DNA of 62,497 nt, counting the filler, from Sphacelaria rigidula (taxonomy: Eukaryota): the NCBI GenBank assembly GCA_964200075.2. It is 11 parts of 11 records of this genome, joined end to end, with 100 filler letters (N's around TTAATTAATTAA, not from the genome) between each part and the next. Parts side by side here need not be neighbours in the genome. Positions count along the whole stretch, not along the records: positions 51,218 to 56,807 come from CAXNAA020026051.1; positions 56,908 to 62,497 come from CAXNAA020026052.1; 9 more parts are not named here. One strand, given 5' to 3'. The notes under the pieces were generated by a model. The model saw only the letters and a program-made list of their open reading frames with translations. It was not told where the DNA came from and searched no databases. Shown piece by piece: positions 53,939-62,497 of this stretch (its first letter is position 1; every line of letters starts with the position of its first letter). A program made the translations under genes and the position numbers.

Positions 53939-56395
53939 CTACCTCTCGCGCGGGCGGGATGAGGTCGTGGACACGCAAGGAGAGGGAGCAGACACGTCTA
54001 ACTCTAGCTTCACGTCACCCCCCTCCTCCTTAGACGTTTCATCAATGCCCGCTGCTACATCAACTATCGACTCCACCTGCACCGTCCGGCGTAGCCTCTT
54101 TGTGTTCCTTCCGCTGGCGATGCTCCTATCGCAGCTCTCATGTGTCTCATGTGTAGTGGTGCCGCGGGAGCCGCCATCGCTTATGCTGTCGCGACTGCTA
54201 GGTTGTGCAGTGACCAGCTCGCCGCTCTTTTTTTCCCCGTCGAAACCTCGTGGGGGCGCAACGGTCATCTCTATTTCACTTTTCATGCGTGGCTGTGCCC
54301 CATCCGGAGAAACTCCATCTGGGGTCGCTGGATCGGCGGGTTGTCTCGAGGCGACAGGCAACGTGGTCGGAGAATTCGCACCCCATCTCGTGGAAAGCAT
54401 GGCACGCGAGCTACAACAAAAGCTAGCGTTACAACAACCATCGTTTGCGTTGGGACCAGCGTCCGATGAATTGGTGGGTCTTCCCTCACGTTCATCGATA
54501 GTGACACCACTTTCTCCCACGACTGAGTCGTCGTTCCAGCGGTTCTTTTCTTGGACATGTGGTACATCAGACGCCATGGTCAGACAGTGTGCAGCATCAC
54601 GGCACGTACGCCGGTGCTCCCCCACCCGATCGAAATAGGGTTGCGAGACACGTTCACGGTCGTTCATGGATGTCAGTCCTACGCGGGCGGGCGTGGTACA
54701 GAACTTCGCCTCTCTGCCACCGGCCGCACCAAATGACGGATGCTTAGAGCATTCCTTGCCACAACGCTTGCTTCTGACGTTGACCATGCCTGCTTGAGAG
54801 CGTGTGGCGCAGAACTCCGCCTCCCTGCCACCGGTTACACAGAACAGTGCTTGTGTGAAGTAGCCTTCCTTGCCGCACAAGTTGCTTACTACGTCGACTG
54901 TGTCTGGCCAGGCGTGTGCGGGGCAAACCTTTGCCTTTCTGCCGCCGGTTGCAACGGGAGATGGTCGTGTGAAGCAGCCCTCTTCGCCGCCACGATTGCT
55001 CATCACGCCGACCATGTACGCCCGAGCGTGCGCGGCGCAGAACTCTGCCTTTCTGTGACTGGCTGCAACAAAAGATGGTTGTTTGGAGCAGCCCTCCTTT
55101 TGGCACCGCTTGCGAACTACGTTTACCGTGCCCGCAGCGGCATGTGTGGCGCAGAACTCTGCCTTCCCGCCACCGGCTGCACCGAACGATGGTGGGGTCG
55201 AGCAGCCCTCCTTTTGGCACCGCTTGCTAATTACGCCAACCATTTCCGCTGGAGCGTGCGCGGCGCAGAACTCTCCCCCCCTCCCACCGCCTTCTCCCAG
55301 AGATGGATGTTTGAAGCATCCCTCCTTGCCGCATCGCTTGCTTCTTACGTTGATCATGCCCGCTGGGGCGTGTGTGGCGCAGAACTTTGCCTTGCTGCCT
55401 CCGGCTACACCGAAAGACGGTTGTTTGGAGCATCCCTCCTTGCCGCATCTCTTGCTTCGTACGTCAACCATTCCCGCTGGGGCGTGCACGGCGCAGAACT
55501 CTGTCTTTCTACTACCAGCTGCACCGAACGTTGCTTGTTTGGAGCATCCCTCCTCGCCGCACTGCTTGCTTCGTACGTCAACCATGCCCGCTGGGGCGTG
55601 TTTGGCACAGAACTCTGCCTTCCTACCACCGGCTGCACCGAACGATGGTAGTGTTGAGCAACCCTCATCACCGCAGAGGCTGCTCACTACGTTCACCATG
55701 CCCGATGGGGCGTGTGTGGCACAGAACTCTGCCTTCCTACCACCGGCTGCACCGAAAGATGATCGGGTGGAGCATCCCTCCTTGCCGCACCGCTTGCTTC
55801 GTACGTTCACCATGCCCGCTGGGGCGTGTGTGGCGCAGAACTCTGCCCTCCTGCGACCGGCTGCACCGAAATTTGGTTTTTTGGAACACCCCTGCTCGCC
55901 GCAATGCCTGCTTCGTACGTCAACCATGCCCGCTGGGGCATGTGTGGCGCAGAACTCTGCGTTCCTGCTACCGGCTGCACCGAAAGATGGTTGTTTGGAG
56001 CACCCCCCCCAACCGCACCGCTTGCTAACTACGTCCACCATGCTTGCTGCGGCATGTGTGGCACAGAACTTTGCTTTTCCGCCACCGGCTGCAGCAAACT
56101 TTGGTCGTTTAGAGCAGCCCTTCTTGTCGCACCGCTTGCTAACTACGTTCACCATGCTTGCTGTGGCATGTGTGGCGCAGAATTCTGCTTTCCTGCCACC
56201 GGCTGAACCGAAATATGGTCGTGTGGAGCAGCCCTCCTTACCGCAGTGGCTCCTCGATACATTAACCATGCCCGCTGGGGCGTGTGTGGCGCAAATCTCT
56301 GCCTTTCTGCCACCGGCTGCACCGAAAAATGGTCGTTTAAAGGAACCCCTCTTCCCACACAGCTCGCCAATCCAGCTCAAGCCTGCACCAATCAC
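53939..56395 (-). CDS. EsV-1-7 cysteine-rich repeat protein: 15 tandem 38-aa C-x4-C-x16-C-x2-H repeats plus a low-complexity tail
   Basis: 818-aa ORF with consensus CGKEGCSKQPSFGAAGGRKAEFCATHAPAGMVDVRSKR, matching the EsV-1-7 family of brown algae and their viruses. True start and stop may lie in other exons (possible tgcag acceptor near 56383, possible GT donor near 53942). Confidence 0.92.
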   Translation of the reverse strand: MIGAGLSWIGELCGKRGSFKRPFFGAAGGRKAEICATHAPAGMVNVSRSHCGKEGCSTRPYFGSAGGRKAEFCATHATASMVNVVSKRCDKKGCSKRPKFAAAGGGKAKFCATHAAASMVDVVSKRCGWGGCSKQPSFGAAGSRNAEFCATHAPAGMVDVRSRHCGEQGCSKKPNFGAAGRRRAEFCATHAPAGMVNVRSKRCGKEGCSTRSSFGAAGGRKAEFCATHAPSGMVNVVSSLCGDEGCSTLPSFGAAGGRKAEFCAKHAPAGMVDVRSKQCGEEGCSKQATFGAAGSRKTEFCAVHAPAGMVDVRSKRCGKEGCSKQPSFGVAGGSKAKFCATHAPAGMINVRSKRCGKEGCFKHPSLGEGGGRGGEFCAAHAPAEMVGVISKRCQKEGCSTPPSFGAAGGGKAEFCATHAAAGTVNVVRKRCQKEGCSKQPSFVAASHRKAEFCAAHARAYMVGVMSNRGGEEGCFTRPSPVATGGRKAKVCPAHAWPDTVDVVSNLCGKEGYFTQALFCVTGGREAEFCATRSQAGMVNVRSKRCGKECSKHPSFGAAGGREAKFCTTPARVGLTSMNDRERVSQPYFDRVGEHRRTCRDAAHCLTMASDVPHVQEKNRWNDDSVVGESGVTIDEREGRPTNSSDAGPNANDGCCNASFCCSSRAMLSTRWGANSPTTLPVASRQPADPATPDGVSPDGAQPRMKSEIEMTVAPPRGFDGEKKSGELVTAQPSSRDSISDGGSRGTTTHETHESCDRSIASGRNTKRLRRTVQVESIVDVAAGIDETSKEEGGDVKLELDVSAPSPCVSTTSSRPRER

Positions 56396-57008
56396 GCAGC
56401 AAAGACAACCGTATATTGTGACTGAAACACTGTATGTGAAGCGTCAATTTGGTATCCCGGTCAAAAACAGGTACGTTGACTAGAGTGGACTCACAAGTCC
56501 TATCGTGGAGTGCGCAGGCGACAACGATAGCAAACGGAGCACGGTCGCCACAGGGGGAATGACCTCTTCATGATGATAATCGTAGTCTCGAGATTGTTGC
56601 TGCCATGCCCGGGCGACTGAACAAAGGAAGTGATGTTGAACACCGAACATGCGTAAAAGTCCTTTGGGTCGACGGCGCTGGTATGGCTTCTCCACTTGTA
56701 ATATTTCAAGGTTTGGACGACTCATCGCAGCTAGAAAAATAGAGGAGTAAACAACAAATTGTGCGAATAGAGGTTTAACTCCGAGATGAGGTTCAAGCCT
56801 AAAACAGNNNNNNNNNNNNNNNNNNNNNNNNNNNNNNNNNNNNNNNNNNNNTTAATTAATTAANNNNNNNNNNNNNNNNNNNNNNNNNNNNNNNNNNNNN
56901 NNNNNNNGAGTTCGAAGCGGTTTGGGTTTTTTTTTTTGGGGGTGGTTGGGGGGGGGGGGGGGGGGGGGGGGGGTCAGTATGCTGGATGAAGCTGCACCTA
57001 TTGTGATG

Positions 57009-57266
57009 GAGTGATGCTGCGATAGGGTCAGTATTTTTGTGGCCAAAGCCGGTCTGATTCAGGGGTTCCTCGAATTAGGAACTACACAAGAATATGGGTG
57101 AGGATATCCCCGTTTGCAAATTCATTCGGGATATCCCTGGCAAATTGGAAGAAAAACCCTGGCGTACTCTCGCCTATTTCGAAAGTCGTGTTTTGGATGA
57201 AATAGAGGGTTCCAAACAATTCTTATCTCAGGCCGTAAAAGTGCTGACCCTATCGCAGCATCACTC
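57009..57266. mobile_element. 258-bp MITE with 36-bp TIR and 4-bp TSD (Sola2-like termini)
   Basis: TIR GAGTGATGCTGCGATAGGGTCAG (23 bp perfect, 32/36 overall). GATG on both flanks. Confidence 0.8.
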
Positions 57267-59029
57267 GATGTATCTCTTCAACCTCTGACAGCGATAGCAT
57301 GTATGCCCGATTTAGCTTGATGAAGTTGGCCGAGGGTAGACACAACTGTAAGTCGTCATCCTTTGTACTGTACATGCCCCTGTGTTGCTCATCGTACCAT
57401 GTCGTTGGATTGTTTCCGTGCTCACGTATTCGAAACATTGAGCATGCATACAACGTGAATCTTCCCCTAGCATGACATGGGCTAGAGAGCTGTATACGCC
57501 CAGTGTCGCGCCCACCGCTCTAAACTACTGATTGTCTCTCATACGTCTATGCTATTCTCTTCTTCGGGAAGAGCCTGCGGTCTTGAGGGACCAACCCCAC
57601 CCCTGATACGTGCTTGATATTTTGATATCGCGGGTTGGAAATACTCTCTCACACCTCGTCCACGTCCGTCACATTCTTTTTGGTTCTCACGTCATCACGT
57701 TTCCAGCGACGGAAACGAAGTTATGCTCAGACAACCACTTTTTTGCCGGGAGTCGAACTCCCAATCCGCCGAAACATGACGAAGAGGAACGTCTCATTTG
57801 GCTGTAATCTTCTCTCTCCAATCTCATACCATCTACTGCAACTTTGAGTATTCGTCTGCAGTCCAGGTGTTTCTCTCGCTTGCATCATCTCGCGGAACGT
57901 CCCTGTCGTAAGCCAGGTGACGAACACGTTTACATTTTTATACTTCTGGCGTAGATATCGTTTCCTCCTCATCGCGCCACTGACTGTTCTGCGATTTTCC
58001 GGGCATCTTGACACAGCCCTCACTCAACACAAGCGACGTTTTGGGTTGCAGGCCAGAAGCTCAGTACCTTGTGACCGCACAGTCATCTCTGGAGAGTACA
58101 GCATCGTAGATGGGTCTCCAGCGGTTGCTAGAGTTCTTCAGCAATCTCTCTCTGACACGAAGAGTAGTCTTCTACCGCGCTAGCCCTCCACGGGCTAACG
58201 CTTTGTGCACAAGCTGGAGAAGAGGGGAAAACGATTCCCAAGGGTCGATTCCGTGCAGGATTCATCTAGTGCATGCCTTGGTCCATAGTCGAGAGCAGCG
58301 CTACCATTCAGCAATAGGAAGCACAAGATTATTACGACCTCGTTGAGACCCAAATCAATAATTACTACAACAGTAGCGCGAAATGGTAACCCACGAGTAC
58401 TATTGCTACGGCAGGTGAAAAATACACGTTAACGTCCAAGGCTTTCCAACCGTTCCCGCAGTCCGTCTCCGTCATACTGAGGAGGCCCAGATCTTGACTA
58501 TCAAGTTGAACCAGCCGCCCACCCCTCCTCCTACCCCCCACCACCCCTGCTCCCCTCGCTAACCCTCCTGACAAGCCCCCCTCGCACCCCCTTGCCTTCC
58601 CCCCAGTTGTCTGCGGCCGCGGATTCCGCAAGAGCGGAATTAAATCCCACCTTCCACTTTAGCATATGATCGACTTACAGCCCGTTCCGGTGAGGACAGA
58701 CAAGTTCACCGTGCTCTCCACCAGCGCTACAATCGGCGTTTCGAAATATACTCGATGCCGGCGAAATTTCGTCGACTAGACCATGGGTACGACATTTTGT
58801 TCTACTCCGGCGAGGCTTTATCACTTTGAAGGTTTTTAATTTCGATTACGATTTCCTCCGTTATGGTAACCGGAAGAATGATGCACGAGCCGGATTTCGT
58901 TTTTTACTCACGGGTACTCAAGTGTACCAACAGACGCCATACCTACCATTTAGGCGAGTGAGCACATATACACACACACACACACACAAATACACCGCAC
59001 ATCATTATTCGAGGTAGGCTACTGACTGC

Positions 59030-61986
59030 TCAAGAAGCGTTCGTCAAAACGCTGCCGCCTTCCCTCCAGAATTCCAACAGGTCGCGGACATCCTGAATGT
59101 GTGTGCATGTATGTCATTCGACGTCGTGTCGGGGAGCACGCGGAAATGCGACACCAACGGGCGGGAGGATGCGGAGGAATGCTGAGCAGATGCAGGTTGA
59201 GCTTTGGTTGGGATGCTTTTTTAAACCGCGTTGTGTAACTACGATCAAGTTATTTTCCTTTTTTCCCGTCGGAAGAGTCTACTTGAGGCCATTGCATGCC
59301 ACAGGCCGCTTGGTGCCCCGATTGTTGATGTGCAACAGCTCTCTGTCGTGTCATAGTGTCGACTGCTCGGCGGCCAAAGGTACCCGACTCAATCAGCAAC
59401 CCTTGGTTGACAGCGGAAAATACTGACAGAACGACGAAATGGGGTCATGGGGTATCCCGGAGCAGAATAGGGGGAAGCACAGTTGACAACGAAGTCTCGC
59501 GACGGGAGATCAGAAAGCAACAATGAAGTCCTCGACTTGGGGAGCGACATGCACACAAGGATCTTTGATTCGTTCGTGTGAACGCGATCCGTCCTGTCGA
59601 ACGATGAGTTGATTGCTGACCGCTGACAAACGATTGCGGGCACTTACAGGCACGTCCACGATGGCATCCAAAAAGTCCGCTATGACCCACAGCTCCTTGT
59701 CATCCTCCTCGTTGATCCAGCTGTTCGGGTTCAGCAATACGAAAAAGCGGAGGTAAAGACAGCATTAACGAAGGACTGATTTGAACGATCGGCAGAAGAA
59801 ATCCCGACTCAGTTAAATTGCGCCGCCGCACGATTCAAACATGAGCTAATATGTGTTGCCATCCCATCTATCCAGAACACCAGTCTACATCTTTCGGTAT
59901 ATATAGGCGCACCAGCCGGGGTCATACAGGAGGGAAGTCAACACAAGTTTTTTTTTCGTTTTTATTTGGTTTAGTTCTCCACCTTCTTTCTGCGGTGCTC
60001 GCCTCATCTTTTTATCGAGAGAGGGGTTCAGCAGTCCCTTTCCCTCGTCGACCGTGAAGTCAAATTTTGTGTACCCACGACGTAGTCGCTCTCCACTGTT
60101 GGGCATTGTGTGAGAAACAATCCCAGATCGCGTGACTGCACCGAGATTCGAAGACACAACCCAACCATCAGAAGGTTTCGAGGTTACCAACTGAGCCACC
60201 GGGGCGACTATCTGCTGATGTCATGAAGGGAAGGGAAGGGGAAGGGAAGGGGATGGGGGGGGGGGGGTATTTTGTGTACTGCACTATTGGTACAAACGTA
60301 CATGCTTGTCCAAGATTTCTTGGATATCTCTACCGTCTATCGAACCATGCGACCTTCCTTTCGAAGACTTCGTGATTTCCGCGATCAAGTCTGCGTTTCA
60401 GTTGATTCGTTTTCAACACTTGGAGTACTCATGTTGCACATACCTCATGCAGTCGACGGCGTTTTCAGGCTGGAACATGTAGGCCATGGGGGAGTTGTCC
60501 ACTATGATGGTACTTTCCAAGCTCTGGAAACGTAGCCGCGTTAGATCCTGCCCAGGCACGTCGTTAAGAAGAGACGAAACGCCTCGTGTATGACCGGGAA
60601 CGCGGAAATACAAACTATGTCCCTCCTCGCTGTATTGGAAATATGGTCTCGTCTCGGCACTACTACAGAATATCAACAAATTCGGTGGGTAGCCGAGGTG
60701 GTTGGGGCGCCAGATTGACAACCTTGACATTACACATGGGAACAGTATCCTGTGTTGCACTCAATCAAGTCACGTCCAGTATAAAACGAAAGACAGTAGG
60801 GCAACACGGCGGGCATGGGTCCTTGTGCTTTTCCCGCGTGGAATGGGCACGCCGCCGAAACGAGCACTACTGGTTCATCACCAGCAACCCCACGCCAGGG
60901 CAAAGGATCGGACAAAAGCGAATATTCATTGATTCACTGGAACCCGACCCCCCTTGGCCGGCCGCTTGACACGGACGGATAATTCAGAGTAGAAATACAC
61001 GATTGCCGAACGGGTGATTGCGGACTGCTGTTTCAGGCGCAAGTGACTCACCTTAACGAAATATCCCTCGTGGAAGGTGCAGTGTTCTCGGAACAGCCTA
61101 CTCGTGATAGTCCCTGCTGGATCCAGCTGCCGGTGAGAGATAAAGAGACATGATATTCTGATGGTTACATATAATGTGTGGCAAGATACTTGAAGGTGGG
61201 TACATGCGAGAGATACAAGTAGATAACGCAACTTCCTCGATCGTTGAAAAAAATAAAACAAGCGGCGAAATGATCAAAACACGTTGCTCTGATGTGTGCA
61301 CATACAGCATGTATGCATGGTATGTATGCAGTTGAAATCACAATACAGAGACACAATAACACGATGGACTGACGCCTGACTTTGTGTAGTATTGCGAGCA
61401 GACTTCTCGGTATCGGTTTTGGCGGGTCATTCACTTCTTTTCAATATTCGTGGGTGCCTTTTGCGTTTTTTGTGTCTTGGGCCCGTGATGCAGTATCATT
61501 TTCGGCGTGATCCACTGATTGATTAGTTGACTGTTTGATTGACTGTCGCATGCTGACCGAGCGGGAAGGAATCCAGAGGAGGTCACAGGATAACACGCTA
61601 CGGATGGGGCAATCATAGTTTCGGCACCGCACGTACTTCGAGTATGAAGTGTTCGTACTTTGTACTGCATATATTCGAGTTAATATTTCAATATATTTCA
61701 GTTAGTAAGTGCACTATATATATATATATATATATACATATATACACACACACACACATACGGCGGTACTACTCCAGTACGATGCGGTGTAATCTAGGTC
61801 CCCTAAAACATTTGCACCATGCGAGGACGTTTTCGCCCGTACGCTGGGCGAGTTTTGAGGGTTGCCCACCAGATCCAGCAAGGGGTTGGCGTACTGAGGA
61901 AGGCTGGCGGTGAAGATGATCACTTCGTACCGGCGAGCTACTCGCTCAAGGAACTCGTCCACCCCGGGCCGTTTCAGAACAAAAAC
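59030..61986 (-). CDS. CTD small phosphatase / NLI-interacting factor (FCP1-SCP, HAD family). Exons 61986-61870, 61126-61052, 60547-60444, 59720-59648, 59092-59030 (5' partial).
   Basis: [38 protein letters not shown]....RLFREHC...FVK|DL.....IIVDNSP.AY.FQPENA...|SW..DDKEL...|DVRDLL. All junctions are AG/GT and in phase. The catalytic DLDET exon is not in this contig. Confidence 0.93.
59849..60208 (-). mobile_element. tRNA-derived SINE (about 360 bp) in a phosphatase intron
   Basis: Minus-strand head GTCGCCCCGGTGGCTCAGTTGG (Pol III A box), stem-loop AACC-TTCTGAT-GGTT and B-box-like TTCGAATC, followed by a non-tRNA body. Second copy at 11383. Confidence 0.78.
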
Positions 61987-62123
61987 CTGGGAGAGAAGGA
62001 AAGCGGGGAAGGGTATTGTGCCGTTTGGTTGACGGTGGGAGAGTTGTGTCTCAAAGTGGGGTTGCGGTTTACGCACCTGAAAGCCAGAGCACAATGCCGC
62101 CTTGCAGTTGACCCTGAGTCATG

Positions 62124-62183
62124 CTACGATAGGGGAGGGGGGGTGTACTCGTGATCATGCATGCCATAGCCATAAGACCATTG
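62124..62183 (+). repeat. High-copy repeat family G-run-TGTACTCATGATCATGCATGCCAT...GACCATTGACC.CGCATCCCT
   Basis: Copies or fragments at about 1-45, 2466-2540, 11215-11270, 28456-28480, 33972-34046, 35880-35942, 39720-39737, 45528-45580, 53000-53075 and 62450-62497. Confidence 0.8.
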
Positions 62184-62497
62184 AAGGAACAAAGGACCAT
62201 TGTAGGGCTGGGGTGGGGGTAGGGGGGTTGCGATTATACGAAACAATGGGCTCATAGGTGCATCAGACGACCCAACACACTCGCGGCGCGCTTGTATTTG
62301 GATAGAAGCGGTGTCAAACAATATGAATGACCGTTAAAAATCGGAAGCAAGCGCGTTCGAAGTACCGTAGCTGCTATTGACGAAGATTGCAAGTAGCATT
62401 TCATGGAAGAAAACGGCCCAACATACCCCCCCCACCCCCACCCACCCCCCACGGTGCTCCGTCTCGAAAGGGACGCGTGGTCAATGGTCACACGACT

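Noticed and set aside
53939..56395. Integrated phaeovirus genome
   Set aside because: No other viral core genes. The gene is flanked by host MITEs, and EsV-1-7 is an expanded host family.
54740..56483. Long plus-strand ORFs (303, 466, 218 aa), and also 53556-54638
   Set aside because: Antisense shadows of the GC-rich EsV-1-7 coding sequence.
60130..60208. Functional tRNA gene
   Set aside because: No acceptor stem closure, attached to a longer body, and a diverged copy exists elsewhere; treated as a SINE head.
28658..61986. Functional linkage among Obg, CFAP44-like, EsV-1-7 and phosphatase genes
   Set aside because: Each lies on a separate, artificially joined contig.

Overview
Eukaryotic, intron- and repeat-rich DNA, most likely from a brown alga (Phaeophyceae). 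That assignment is inferred from an EsV-1-7 repeat gene, a flagellar CFAP44-like gene, and short exons in long repeat-filled introns. The window is not one locus. It is 11 unrelated contigs of 5591/5590 bp joined by 100-bp N-TTAATTAATTAA-N linkers, so neighbourhood across linkers means nothing. Supported genes: a 15-repeat EsV-1-7 (Cys3His) array protein (53939-56395, minus), 3' exons of an Obg-family GTPase, three internal exons of a CFAP44/WDR52-like gene, five 3' exons of a CTD small phosphatase (SCP/NIF family), and a large exon of an unidentified membrane protein. The rest is mostly mobile DNA: a Copia 5' LTR-PBS-gag, a decayed Gypsy pol, an RTE LINE split by a non-autonomous LTR element, a tRNA-derived SINE, several MITE/foldback families and microsatellites. 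The most interesting candidate system is the EsV-1-7 array. It has a conserved scaffold, variation concentrated at fixed positions, a homogeneous centre and decayed ends. This resembles a recombining, code-like recognition array (C2H2/PRDM9 or TALE logic), but that function is a hypothesis.
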